Shown one piece after another: positions 25,261 to 41,460 of a stretch of 64,000 nucleotides of DNA. Position 1 is the first letter of the stretch. The number at the start of each line of letters is the position of its first letter. Source of the DNA: Trichinella spiralis (lineage: Eukaryota). The notes under the pieces are model-generated. The model did no database searches. It was not told the DNA's origin and saw only the letters and a list, made by a program, of their open reading frames with translations. The translations under genes and the position numbers were made by a program. The DNA lies in contig NW_003526945.1 in assembly GCF_000181795.1 (NCBI RefSeq), forward strand, positions 1,230,990-1,294,989, read 5' to 3'.

Positions 25261-27850
25261 GATTGAAAGTGCAGACTAACTGTCACAGCAAAGCAAAACC
25301 TGAAAAAGCGAGCACGTCAACTTTGGCGAAGCTACTCTATTCGGAGGCAACAGTTATACTGTACAGATTCTCAGGTTAACATCAATGCCCTGTTTTTAAT
25401 AGTAACATCGGAACGTATAAAATCAAAATGTTAATTGATTTTTATTTTATATTTATTATATTAGTATAAATAAAAATTAATAATTAAATAAAATCAATTA
25501 ATATGAAGTTCGATTCAAAACTTTTATTTGTACATCATATAGAAGTTCTATTTAAATGATTCTCATGCAACAGTCAATTTTTCATTGATAATAATAATAT
25601 ATTGTTAAGGTGAATTGTAATTTTATTATCAAGAAGTATATAATTTTTATAATCAATGCAGTTTAAAAGTAACAGAATATGGTAAATGTAAAAGCTGCAT
25701 GAAAATTTCAATTGACAAACAATTTCAATTGGAAAAGGAAGAAAAAAGCAAATAGACGAAGAAAATTTAATAATAATGATAATTTAATTATTGAAATTTA
25801 CCTGACGAAATTACGACCAAGTTTGCTGGTTAGAAAAGAAAAACCAAATTAGACTGACTTGTTCACCGCTAAACCAGTGCTAACAATCAGAGAACAATGC
25901 ACGTTGACATTGTCCAAGCTGAAGCAGATTTGACCTCGACATTGGGAAAATAGGAAATGTTTGAATGAATCCACTATTATTTATCACTTGTCTGTAATTA
26001 AATAGCAAAAAAAACAACGAACATTGACCTTCAATTGATGGAAGAAAGTAAATTTGAAAAAATAATATAATTAAATTAGTCATTTTTTTTGAAATTTACC
26101 TTTGTCACCACTATAATCTGTTGGTGTTATCATAACATTTCAAATTTTTTGAATTCAAAACAAAATATGAACGTAAAAGCAAAAAACAAAAGTAAATGTT
26201 GAAATATTAAATAAAAATGTTCGTCGTCACTGTTGATTTAAAATAACCTCCACAACATTAAACATGAGCATAAATGTGAATTTAAAAATGAACACTAAAA
26301 AAAATGGATCCGCTAGTCCATTGAAGATAGATTGGTATTTTCATTATTTCGCTGTATACAAAATTGTCTGCGCTTGTGGAGTTGGAAAAATTGCAATTGC
26401 AAAAACACGGGGCTGTCGTCAATAAAATTATATTATTCTTATGAAATTTGTCAAAGTTATAAATCAAGATCAACGTCAGCTGTTGGAACAAATGCCGACT
26501 GGATGACAAATTTTAATTTTTTTTTCGTTCGAGTAAATGTTGCTTTTTTCATTAGCTGAAGATCAATCCATCCATCTGCTGACTATTTTAGCATGTGGCA
26601 GTTGAAAATCAAATTGACAGTTTTGATAATTTCTCACACGCCTAAAAATATTTAGAATTTTTCTTTTCAAATGTTACAAGGCAAAAAGGAAAACAACTAC
26701 AAAGAAGAGCCAATTGGTACAATTCTTACTGTATTCAGTTTGATTTTATTAAAATGAAAACTTTTATATAATTATTACGTAAATTTAAATTATATTTAAT
26801 TTTAACTTTAATTTAATTTTGATTCGTAAATTTTTATTCAAAACTAACTGAAAAGTAAGTAAAATACAGTAATACTTGGCATCATCGTTCGTTGGTCCAC
26901 ACATAAAAAAGAAAAGATAGAAAATTATTAAATTTTAATATTAATTTCGTTGAATAAATCATCTGCTTAGATTGTCACTTGTTACATCTAGCTTTTTTTT
27001 TAATTATTAAAAATGTTTTCAAAATTGCTCCTACAAACGAGTGAAAAAAAAATTCAAGTATGTTTATTATTTCAAGCAAACAAACATCTAAATAATTTTT
27101 CGGCAAGTGAATAATATACTACGTAATGAATCGAGAAAGCAAACTGAAATTTCTACGGCAGAAAGTGGGCAATGACTGCAGATGTTGATAATGCAGTAAG
27201 AAAAAAAAACAGAAGAAAACTTAATACACAAATGCACGAACAACAACAACTCACTCAGTTGTTCTTGTTCGCATTAAAAAAGAGCATATGAAATCACATT
27301 TTAACCATCAACTCGCATAGCATCAAACTAACTGGACAAATAATTCAAGTTATTAATGATAATGAAAAACAAGTAAGAGAAAAATTGTTCAACAAAAGCA
27401 AATATATCAACCTTCACCAGAGAGCATGCATGCATTTTATTTTTTGCACAAATAACGTGCATTCTCAACAAACCAATAATTTAAAAATTGAACACATAAT
27501 TAAAACATAACAGTGAAATATATCAAAAAAAACAAAAGAAAAAGTGATGAATTAAAAATAATTATCATATAAAACCATCATCAATAATAATAATATACTA
27601 CTAATGGACTTGAAAACGTTTTGCCAACAACCAAACAAACAAAAGCGAGCAGAATACATACATATATATACATATGTATGTATATATTGAACAAATTGTA
27701 TTAAAAGAAAAGCAGCTGAGAAGCAATCATCAACTAAAGCAAGGGTGCTAATAAAAGTGATATATGGAAAAGAGGAAAAACAAATTCAGCATCAAAATGC
27801 TTGGACAAAAAATGCTTTCATCACTTCCAAATGCCTAATAACCACCATAA

Positions 27851-29941
<2,091 letters not shown>

Positions 29942-30870
29942 AACTGAGTTTATTCGTTCAATCGCATTCAACGATAAATCGCAGATTGCCAACAGTCGAC
30001 TGCTTTGCCGAAGAAGAGTGCACAAGAAATAGACCAGCACAGTACTACCTTGATGTTGAAAGTCAAGTTCAAGTTGATAAACTCAAAAAATGCCTCGTAT
30101 TTGTTTTCCATAATTTTTATTATTATGTAAACATTAAAATATTTTATCATTGTTTTAATCCACTTATTGACATTTCTGTTGCAAATTTTAATAAAAATAA
30201 AATGTCACAACGCAACACAAGCGCTATGACTTTGCATAAATAATTGTCTATTTGTATTGCACAAAAACAAATGTAAATAGTTTATAAAAAGCAGCCGTTG
30301 TTGTCAATTTGAATATTTAATAGTAAAAGCAGCGTTTATCAATAAAAGTGCTCTTCAACCGAGCAACGAAAACGCTGTGCATATTTATTACAAAGTGACT
30401 TCGATATTAGCTAAAATTAAATAAAATTAAGCATTGTTTATTTCGAATAGTGTAAAATTATCCATTTAAAAAAATGGTTTGCTCATATTTAGCAATATCA
30501 AGCATTTTTTAACCTACGAATGCAAAAGTTGCCTAGTAACTGAATGTTATTCAAAATTATAAGTTGCGATGATAATTTCATTCATAAATCGTCATCAGTA
30601 TGAAATGAATAAATTATTTAAAGTGTTAAATTTATTAATTTAATGTTTTTCACGACAAATTTTCAAAAATAATCCAAGATGTTTCGAATAATTTGATTCT
30701 CGTGTAACTTGCACGTCATTATATTCGCAAGTTTGTATACTGTAATGGCGTCTCTGTCCTTGGTCGGGTAGGATGAGTTGTTAGTGCTGTTGTGACGGTT
30801 GATTGAAGTTTCAGCCGACTGTTGAAGCAGTATCAGTGAGAAAAGAAGAACAGCTCGTTAACAATGAAGC

Positions 30871-33800
30871 ATGACTAGCTGGTGTCTAGTATTACTGTTC
30901 TACTACATAGCTGTTGTTATTGCACTTGCAGGTAACAGTGGTTAATTTGATTTTTCTTTTACAATGCTTTTGCAATATTCATAAAGTGTTTATTTTTTTT
31001 ACCAAATGGTTTATATTAGATTTAAGAAAGGAATCTATTTGAATAGATGTTGCTTTGGAATTAGTATCAGTGAAGAAAGGTTTTTTTTGTTTTTTAAATT
31101 TTCTTTTGCAAAAAGTAATTTTCTCCAATGGTGGTGATTCTGTTCAACGCAGTTTGCATTAATGTTTTATTTAAAAAAATGCATGGAAATTTTGTAAATT
31201 GTCAACACGAACCAAAATTGTTCACAAATACTACTTTGCGTTGGTTTCTCCGGGCCGGATCGATCCGGCCGGCGGCGAAAATGACAGCGGTCCAGGGCCA
31301 AAAACGGCACGCCACTTGACTTGACAATGCGGAAAGTGGGCCGGCACGCTGGTCAATTTGCCATATTGAATTTTTGGTCACTGAAGTCGGCTGGAGAATT
31401 TTGCAATTTAGTTCGCAGCATAATAGCCGCTTGCATGCTGCACTTTGTTCTTGCTGCTTGCTTCAGTTGGCGATCGATCCGGTTGGGGCTTATCGGTGCC
31501 GACGATCACAGCCGTCGACCCTCACTTGCGTTTTACAGTCAGCCATATTGAACGACAATTCGTTCATATGATTGATGTAGCCAGTTTTGCTATTTGCACA
31601 TTTTATCCTACTGTGGAATGAATTGTTTCATTGCAAAATTCGATTTGTACATTTGAAGTGCTTTTTTTATAATGTTCTTTTTTTTAGTCCCAGCACCATC
31701 AGAGTTGCATTTCACCATTGAACCGAGCGATGTGTTGGCAAGAAGAGGCCAAGAAGTGCGTTTCGACTGTGCCGTGTCCGGCGCGGAAACGCCAACGGTG
31801 CATTGGCGCCGAGGCGGCGTGCCGTTGGACGCGATCGGATCTAGGATAAGAATGTAAGTGGTGTTGTGTGGTTGGACGCGCGCGCGTATCTGTGTTGACG
31901 ACCAGCGGTCAAGCGCCGTGCGTGGCGAGGCGGTCAAATCAACAGCAGGCGAGATGACCATCCTCTTCAACCGACATCTTGAGGTTCGTTGTCGTCGTCG
32001 TCGTCTTTGGCAGATTAGCAACTGGCCGCATTTCCTGCTTCAAGCTGAGTCAGTTGGCGGCGACCTCGCGCCCCTCATTCCAACTATAAATCAGCGAGTG
32101 GTGTGTGCAATTGATAATTGCCGCGGCCGTCACTTTTACACACATGCGCACATATCGTATAGATAGAGAGCACTGATGGGGTTGTTGGTTTTTTGTTTCG
32201 CCGCCCTGCTGCTGCTGCTGCTGCTTGTGTAAAGCTTTGCTTTGCTGAGGAAATTGGAGAAAGCCGGAAAAGCAGCTAGCTCGACGTGACAAAATGATCA
32301 GAACTTAACCCAGCAGGGTGGGATTCTCAAACGACCATTAATACTATACAGGGTGACGTGTCAAATTTCCCAGACATCTATTGTATTGAATAAGAATAGT
32401 TGGAAGTAAGGAAGGAAATGGGAGAGGGAAAAAGGTAGGAAAATATACGACGATTAGTAATAGTAATGAATTTTCTTAGAACACTGCCCACGTAATTTGT
32501 CTGCGACGTGAACAAAAAGCGAAATTTGCAACAGACGTGATGAATTTTTTGTTTTTTTAGCATTTTATTTTTTGCATTCATTGTGACAGTCACCATTTTA
32601 TCACGATGCTCTTTTCATCAATTGATAATAGCATTGTGTGTGTAGTATTTGTTAATTTATTCGTAATAATAGCATAAATTCAATGCTTAACATTGGATGG
32701 TTGGAAAGAGATGTTTGCAAATACTATTTCATACTTCTTCGCTTGTTGTCAATATTTAGTGCACACTGCTTGAGGCGGTGAAGATTTTAAAGTTTTGTTG
32801 AAACAATTGAAATCATCAAATGCGCACAACTTTTGTCAATATGTTGTTGAAGAACAGATGCGCGCGCGCGTCAGCTGGTCCAGAAATTAAAGCATTGAAA
32901 AGTTTTATTCTTTTCTTTTTCAACTTTTGATGTAGAAATTTATTTTTAAAATTCAAACAAACAGGAAAAGCATTTGGAATTGCATCTGTTTTTATGAAAA
33001 CAATCGCGCCTGTTTCAATTTAGGTATCATTTGCAAAATGGCTCATTAATTATATCGAGAGCAGTTGAATTGGATACAATTTATGATTCCAAACAGGATG
33101 TATTCCAGTGTGTCGCGGTCGTTGGTGATCACTTTGTTCTCGTTAGCAGAAAAGCTCGGTTGAAGTTGATCGGTATGCGAACTAAAATGGCTTGTATTTA
33201 TTTAATTGGATGAAAAATTATGATTATTTAAATTTTTCTTTTTTCTATCCAGGAAGTGTACGCTTTGTGGAAGAGCCGTACGACCGCCAGGTTCCGGTGA
33301 GCTCTAATGTGGTGTTGCCGTGTCGTATTCAAGGACCAATTCGTCCAACAGTGGTCACCTGGTTGAAGGACGACCTCGTTCTTAAAAGCAAGTGTCATAT
33401 TCATTTTGTTTCGTCTCGCATTATTATGCCTGCGCATATTTGTGCACAGGCTTTGCACACATTTTCAAGTACATCGACCGAAAATTGGTATTTTGCACAG
33501 CTGGTGGTGGTCGAGGGGTTCTTCTTTCTTATATTTTTATTATCCATTGTTGTTTGCTTTTGGTCATTAGTGTCCGTTGTCATATATATTTATATTTATA
33601 TATACATATTTTTAGCCGTTGAATTGCCACGCTTGACAGTTGGAACTGAATCTGGTTCTTTGGAAATTCGAACTGTGCAATATTCAGATCAAGGAGTTTA
33701 CAAGTGCCAGGTAAAATTGGCAAATGGTGCCAATGCTACAGTCAGCCAACCTGGTCGTTTGACCATTTTGCCTAAAGATGGTAAGATGGGATGAAAGAAA

Positions 33801-36800
33801 TTTTGAAAATTTGCATGTGATAAGTTTCTTTTGTAGAAGAACACGAACTGAGGTTCGAGGCGAAACCAATAAGTCGCACTGTGGCAGTTGGTAGCAGTAC
33901 TGACCTTATCTGCGTGGTCAACGGACATCCAAAGCCGAAGGTGATATGGTTAAAAGATCAGAAAGAGCTGTCACTTAAGTCAGTTTTTCTATTTGTATTT
34001 AAATAATTACTGTATTTTATTTGTTTTTATTTCTAGCTCGAGACGAAGAATAATTGGTGAAAGCAGCCTGTTAATTAGTGATGTTAGCGTCGCTGATTCG
34101 GGTACTTACACTTGCAGGGCTTCAAATTCGTTGGAAACGGTTGAAAGCAGCGCAGCATTGGAAGTGAACGGTTAGTTAGTTTGTTTTTTTTGTTTGTTCA
34201 GAATTGGTATTCTATCTAAAATAGCTATTTAAAAAATGTATTTCATGGGTGATGATTATTTCAGAAGCTCCGAAAGCTGTTATAACGCCGAGAAGCACAA
34301 CTGGCAAATCAGGCTCTGATGTCATTTTCCGTTGCGATATTAGCGGATATCCGCCACCTGCGGTAACATGGCTGAAAAATGGCGAAATAATAAAATCATC
34401 CGAATATTTTATAGTAAGTTAATTACCCTTTTTCTTTTTCTTGAAAAATGTTGGAGTTTTTCTTTTTTTTTTTAAGATCAGCGGTTCTCAGTTGAAAATA
34501 GCTGGTTTAGTGAAAAACGACCAAGGGGTTTATCAATGTATGGCAGACAACGATGTTGGCTCTGCACAGGCGTCGGCCATTTTGTTGGTAGAAGAGATTG
34601 GTAATTCTATTTTGATATTCTCTTTTGTATTTCTGATTTGTGTGTTTCAAATTTTATGCGGCACTTTAGGAACAACACCGAGGTTGTTTGTTCACGATGC
34701 TCCGTCGGAACCTACAGGCTTGAAAGCGGTTCAAGTGAGCAGTCGTTATGTGCATCTTCAGTGGGATACGCCCATGGCCGGCGGACAGTCACTATCCGGC
34801 TACAGTATTTATTACAAAAGTTTAGATGCGCAGAGGTTTGAAAAAATTTTTTTGTTCATGAACGAATCCGTGGATATGCATTGTTTTTTTTTCTATTTTT
34901 CAGAGAACGCCAGGTGAATTGCACCGTTTCGGACAGTCGTGGTTTTACAGTATCCGGTCTTGCTCCTGAAAAGACGTACTTTTTTCGAGTCGTTCCAGTA
35001 GTCTTAAATGGTTACGGACCATCGTCGCCGCCGCTGACCGTTATCACTGCTCAAGAGAGTAAGTTTATTTATTAGTAATTGTTGTTTTTTTTTTATTGGA
35101 TATTATTTTTATACTTATCACGAAATGATTGATGTTTCGTTTCATTTCCTGTTGAAGAAACTGTACCGGCTAGTGTTCAAAATTTGAAAGCATATCCTCT
35201 GAGTTCGACCAGTATTCAAATTGAATGGGATCCACCGTTGACGGTTGCGCACGATCCGATCAATTTTTACAAAATTTTCTATTCTTTCATCGATTCGGAA
35301 AAGCAGCTTGCATCCGACAGCGCTGAAGTGAATTTAGACGAAGAGGAAGAAATTGAAATTCAGTCGCGCAATACAATGTACACTCTACACGGGGTTGAAG
35401 AAGACACGGTGTACCGTTTTCGTGTGGAAGCGGTCCGATTGGACGGCACCAGCGTTGCCAGTGTTCCTGTACACACGCGCAGTTTTACCGACCGACCCTC
35501 TGCACCACCTGAAAAAATCGAAGCCACTGCACTGACGTCGGATCGAATTATGGTGCGTTGGGCACCGCCGCCGGCTAAAGAGCGAAACGGTGATATTGTT
35601 GCATACAAAATTCGATTCAAATTGAAAGATCGTGGTTCGAAAAGTTACACTATACACGTCGACGGGCCGAACACTGAATACACAATTTCTGATTTGGAAC
35701 CTGGTGCCACTTACATGGTACGTGTGGCCGCGGTCACGGTGAACGGCACTGGGCCCTATTCGATCTGGACCGAAGTAGTGACGGCGGTTTTCAAAGGCGA
35801 AGAATCCCAAGTGCCGGGTGCACCAACTTCGCTGCGTTTGATGGCAACTGGAAATGAAATCAAAGCCACTTGGACACCACCTCTGGATGATGGCAACGTG
35901 GTGCGCGGATTTCTCATCGGTTGGGGCATCAATATGCCGGACATTCACACCGAACGAGTCTCTGGCAATGTTCGTTCGTTCACTATTGCCAATTTGAAAC
36001 CGAACAAAGACTATGTGGTCAGCTTGAAAGCGTACAACAAACTCGGCAACGGTTTTCCAATTTACGAAACTGTACGTACCGGCGAGCCGGTATCCACAGA
36101 CGTGATTGGTTCCGTTGAAACGCCCATCGGTCTTCGTGCTCAGACACTTTCATCCACAGCGGTCACTTTGTCCTGGACGGATCGTGACGTTCCCTTATCC
36201 CACCAACGTGCAACGGACAATCGTTACTATACTATACGTTATACGAGTCATTACGTTTCTGGTGGACGGTATCGTTACGTGAACACATCCGACACCAACT
36301 ACATGATCGACGGTTTGAAACCGGATACTCAGTACGAGTTTTCGGTCAAAGCGTCACTGGGCAGAGCCGAAAGTGAATGGAGTATGACCGCTTTTAATAA
36401 AACATTCAGCTCTGCGCCTTCGTCTGCACCGCGGGATTTGACGCCAATCGATTCGGACAGCGACCCGACGACAGTTTTGTTGAACTGGCAACCGCCCAAG
36501 CATCCGAATGGAAAAATTACCAAATATCTTATTTATTACACGTTGGATCAAAAATTGCCCGACTCGAAATGGATGGTCGAAGGGATTCGTGGTGATCGGA
36601 TGAGCACCACGATCGACGGTTTGATTCCAGATACTGACTATTATTTCAAAATTCAAGCTGTCAACGACCGAGGTTATGGCCCTGTGTCATCTGTCAAATT
36701 GTATCAGGCGAAAAAATTGCGCGCTTTATTCGGTATGCTCAAAATTATTATTGTCAATTTTATAATTTATTTCATCGTGAATCAATTGATAATTTTCTTT

Positions 36801-38200
36801 TTTTCAACAAACACAGACGCCAATGCAGAACAGCCATTCATGACAGTGCCCGGCAAGGGGGAAGCAAGTGGGCCTGGTTATGCAGGATTGCCACGGAACG
36901 TGTTGAATATTGTGATAGCCGTCGTGGTAGCCAGTTTGGCCATTTTGTTGGTGATATCGATCTGTTGCTATTATTACCAGCAAAAATATGCTCGCCGTCG
37001 AGGCTATACTGCGGGCGTGAAAAAGACCCCACGCGATGCGAAACCTCCGCCAGATTTGTGGATCCATCACGATCACGCGTTGGAAATGCGAGGTTTGGAT
37101 AGGAAGGGCTCTTTGCAAGCCGACTCGCCTTCGTTGCACGAACAGTTGAAGCCGTTGAAAAGTTGTTGTACCCCTTCGCCGCCGGCTTCCGGGGTCGACA
37201 TGCCTCGCTATCAGTCGTTAGCTGGCGGGGCTTGTCGGTACGGGCTCGGTACGGGCCGAGTTTCGGTGGTTCAACCTTTGAACGGGGGAGGTTCGTTGTC
37301 CCGCAAATGTCATCACGTGTCGTCGAACAGTGTCGACGCGGTTGGTTCGCCTCGTGCTCATGCGATCTGCAGTAGCAAACTTTTGCAAAGCGGCATGAAT
37401 CTGCCCCACTTGACTGCCGCTTACACGGCATCAAAGCAGCAGCCTGCTGCAGCTCAGTGTCGACTGATGGCCAGCAACATTGAAAGTGGCGAATGCATGC
37501 CGTTGACGTCGAACGATTCGCTGACCACCAAAGCGCCAGCAGCGTCGACCGCCGAAGCACGAATCGGCTGCAATCCTTTGAAATCGTTCACAGTTTTGGC
37601 TGTACCGCCTCCCCCTCCTCCGCCCACGGGCTCACTTCCATCGACGATCAGTGGCATGTTGCCGAACTCCACCACCGCCACTGGCTCGCGTATTCAGCTG
37701 AGTAAGTTTTGTGTGATTGGGTTATTACTATTTTTTTCTGTTCATGAAAAAATTCACTATTTCTCTGTTTTTTGTTTGCTCAGTTCGCCCAAATGCAGCA
37801 GCCGCATTTGGCGCTTCATCGTATCCATCACCTCGAAGTAGAGCTGAGTCATCTGCGTCGATGACCGGTGCAAAAGGGGTACTTCCATCCCAGTTGAATA
37901 ATCACTCGCCAAATGTTTCTCATCAACGAATGACCGATTCAACATCTGACACCAACAACACCAGCACTGCCAATAACAACAATGCATCCACGTCAACAAG
38001 AGATGTTAGCTGCGAAGTGACGGTATATGCATATACATATATATGTATTGTCGATTAATATTAGTATTATAGTTTTATTGTTGTTTGTTTCTTTTTTGCA
38101 GCGTTCTTATAGCACAGAAGAATTGACAGCACAGATTCAAAATTTGGACAATCTCATGCAAGATTTGAACGCCATTTCAGCCAATGAATTTGACATGTAA
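30871..38200 (+). CDS. unc-40: Netrin receptor DCC/neogenin/frazzled (signal peptide, Ig domains, FN3 repeats, TM, P1-P3 motifs)
   Basis: Signal peptide MTSWCLVLLFYYIAVVIALA; Ig exons (FTIEPSD..FDC, DQGVYKC, DSGTYTC, DQGVYQC); FN3 array in ORF 35184-; TM IVIAVVVASLAILLVISICCY; P1 PPDLWIHHD; P2 NPLKSF..PPPPP; P3 NLDNLMQDLNAIS; stop 38198-38200. Confidence 0.95.
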
Positions 38201-40042
38201 TATATTGCAGTAGTTGTTGCTGCTCTTGCCTTTACTCTCTGTGTGTGTGTTTTACATAAATGCAAAAATGTTTTTTTTCATGTATACGCTTTTGAAGAAT
38301 ATAACAACTGCCAACTTTATCTTGTTGCATTCTTCTTTGTTACAACGTTATTTTCCTGTTTTTGTAATAATTACAATTCCAACTCATCGTATGGCTCCTA
38401 TATTTTGCATCCAATTGTTTGCACTTATTTTCTCTTTTTTCTTTTTTAAAAAAGAGATAAAATTTTCCGTCCACAAATTGTAAAAACATTTTTTAGCTTT
38501 TTTATCAGTTTTACCTTCTTGCTTATTTATCTGTTAATACAATTGTACTTCGCTATATGCCTGCCATGTTGATGTTTATTGGCTTGTAGTATTTATTGCA
38601 TTGCATCATACTCTGTCCGTTGTGCGTATTATTATTATTATTATCTTTTGCACGTTTTTTTCTTCATATATCACAGAAAATATTGTTGCATTTCATTCTT
38701 CATCTGTTTTACTACTGATTTGTTGTTTTTTTCAAATCATATCTTCAGTGTTTATTTATTACGATTATCACTCATCTGGCACAACGTGTAGCAAAGTATA
38801 CTGTAAAAGCGCAGTGTCGACAAATAGTTAGTTTTCTTTCTTATTACTGTTTTTTTTCTTTTGCTTTACATTTGTTAAAAATATTCCCAAATTAATTGTT
38901 TTTGCCCCTCTTCCCATGCTCACCTCTTCTTTTTCACTGTTCTCAATCTTCCTCAGATTACCGACTCAAGAAAGCTGTCTGTTTTTTTTGTACGTTAATA
39001 ACAAAAAATATTTTTTTGTTTTGAATTATTTTTCAGACGCATTTTATTCAACGTTCGTTTTAATTTGTTAATGTTGTGCATTTCTTAATATAAAACTTTG
39101 TTAATTTCAGATGAACGGTTTGTTGAAAGAATAAAAGTGAATAAACCTCATAACTGTTGTAATTTATTAATATATATATTATGTGAATAGCTGAGCAAAC
39201 GTTTGATTGTTAGCACAATTTCCAAATAATAGACTTTTAAAATGTATGCTATATATGTCTGTGTCACATAACTGATAAAGAATTATTAATTTTGTAATTA
39301 ATAGTTAGTTGTTCTGTTATAGTGATGATTACGGTGGCAAAGCTACTTCCATTTTGCTTTTTCAATGATAATTTTTTCGTCTGTGAAATTGCAAATAGCT
39401 CGATCGAGCAATTTCAACGTAAACAACATTTCTTCAAAATGACGGTTCGATTTTGTTTGAAATAAAATTGATGGGCAATTTAATTTAATCGAAAATTGCT
39501 TTCGCTTGATCACCATTAATTAGCTGACATCTTTCGTTAGTGACGCTTGCCGACGATTGTGATTATTCGATTTTGATAATATTTCGTCTGCTATTTCCGG
39601 CAAAACAAACAATTGATCTTTTGATTAACATGCCAACATGGACTATGCTTCAATTTTCCCTCACGAACAGAGCAAGCAGTTCGACGTGATTCTTGCCAAC
39701 TTTGATGTTGTTAACTGGCAAATTCTTGCCCAACTCATTCATGTTCACCAATTTTTCAATATCTTAACCATCTGCTGAATAATAATAATAAATCAATCAA
39801 TAATTTGCAAACTTATTTAATTACTATGCATTATTATTGTTGTTCCTTTTGCGGTTGCATTTTGAATGCAATAAAACTAAATAGAAAAGTTTACTTCTTG
39901 AACTTGCTGTTGCTATTATATTAGAAAATTCTTATTTCTCTTATCTTTAACAAAAAGAAAAGTAATTTTCAGTGCATAAAATTAACTAATCGATCCACGT
40001 GCAAAGCTGAATTAATTATTAATAAAAAAATTTTCAATTTTT

Positions 40043-41460
40043 TCACAGTTCATGTTCTGAATTATGAACATCACTGTTGGCATCTCGAAATGCGGCATGT
40101 CCGCTTTTGAAAATCATCGACGCTTTAGACAGTTCGTCATAAGTTACTGAGCCGTCGTTGTCAAAATCAAAAATCCAACCCAGTCCTGGTTCACGCCTAC
40201 TACCGCCCGCTTTCGTCTTCTTCGAGCCGGCGAGCTTCAAATCTGCTGACATGCGACTTTCGTACTGTTGCTTAGAGACTGTCTTTGCCGAATTGTCAGC
40301 GAAATAATCAATAAAATATTTTGCCATCTCCTGATCGTCAATATTATATCCACGCCACGATTTACCATATTCTTCCCGGAGCGTTCTTATTTGTTTCACA
40401 ATCTGTTGACAATTAAAAAAAATATTTTTTTCACGTAAATTACAGTAATAAATCTTTCAGGAACAATTTGCTTACAGTAATAAAAACATTATGCAAATGA
40501 TTTCATCCATCCCTCAGGCATGCAAGAATCTAGTGAATTTTCAGTGAAAAATATATAATTCGAATCCCATTTCAAAATTACTCAACTGATATATCTGGTG
40601 GTATGTATATAAAGAGAAAATCCACTGCAGGGCCCCGGTTGCATTTGCAAAATGTTCACTTACTTCTTCTTCAGACAGTAGTCCATTTTTGTCCGCGTCA
40701 AGGTATTGAAATTGTTTCTCAATTGTCCAAGGTTCTATGTGGAGCATTTCAATTTCAAAAATGATCCAATGCTCATCTTTGGGAAGATGTTTCCATTCTG
40801 CAACAATCGTAAATGATGATGAATAATTAATTTGCAGAAATAAAACGAATAAAGATTTATTATTATTTTATTTACTCGACGATTTTCGACGCTGTGCCAA
40901 TCTCCACGGTACATGGATTCTTTTGACCTCCTGTTCACACATACCGATCAAGCCTTTGTCCAATCCAGGAATAATCATGCCAGTTTTCAGTTGTATTTGC
41001 ACCGGTTGTCCTTCTGCATAGCTGAAAAGAGAATTGAAAAGATGTTAAGCAACATGCATGAAAATAATAAATGGTGAATGAGAAAATTTGTGAACACCGA
41101 CGTGCTTTGGAATGTTTTTCCATTTTCCAATTGTCCTTTGTAATGAAATGTGACAAAGTCGAAACGTTTGGCTGTTTTGGAACAAGCTTTGGGTGGCATT
41201 TTCAACTGTTTCGTTTTGATGTCAAAAGGTTTGCCTTCTGCTTCTTCTTCGAGCGCACGGATCTGAGCCGAAGTCATTGGCTTCCCTTCGGCTCGTATTT
41301 CGATTACTGGAATTGAATCTTCGTTCGATTTGACGCGCTTGTTGGAATCCGAATCAGGCGTGGCATATGCAAAATGATTCAGCAGAATCAGGCCGTACAG
41401 TGCCACTTTGACCGGGTGCCAAACTGACCGTCTCCAAAACGACTTGGGATCGTTGTCCAT
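40043..41460 (-). CDS. ER-luminal FKBP-domain protein with EF-hands (FKBP7/14, nematode FKB-7-like), 4 exons
   Basis: N-terminal hydrophobic segment; FKBP fold VTFHYKGQLENGKTF..IIPGLDKGLIGMC..IIFEIEML; EF-hands DADKNGLLSEEE and DFDNDGSVTYDE; ends SEHEL (KDEL-like). Confidence 0.88.

Noticed and set aside
36733..36816. Apparent extra TM segment in the 885-aa unc-40 ORF (MLKIIIVNFIIYFIV...)
   Set aside because: Best explained as a short AT-rich GT-AG intron that happens to be open in frame.
35353..37705. Overlapping ORFs up to 240 aa, mostly antisense to unc-40
   Set aside because: Shadow frames of GC-rich coding exons.
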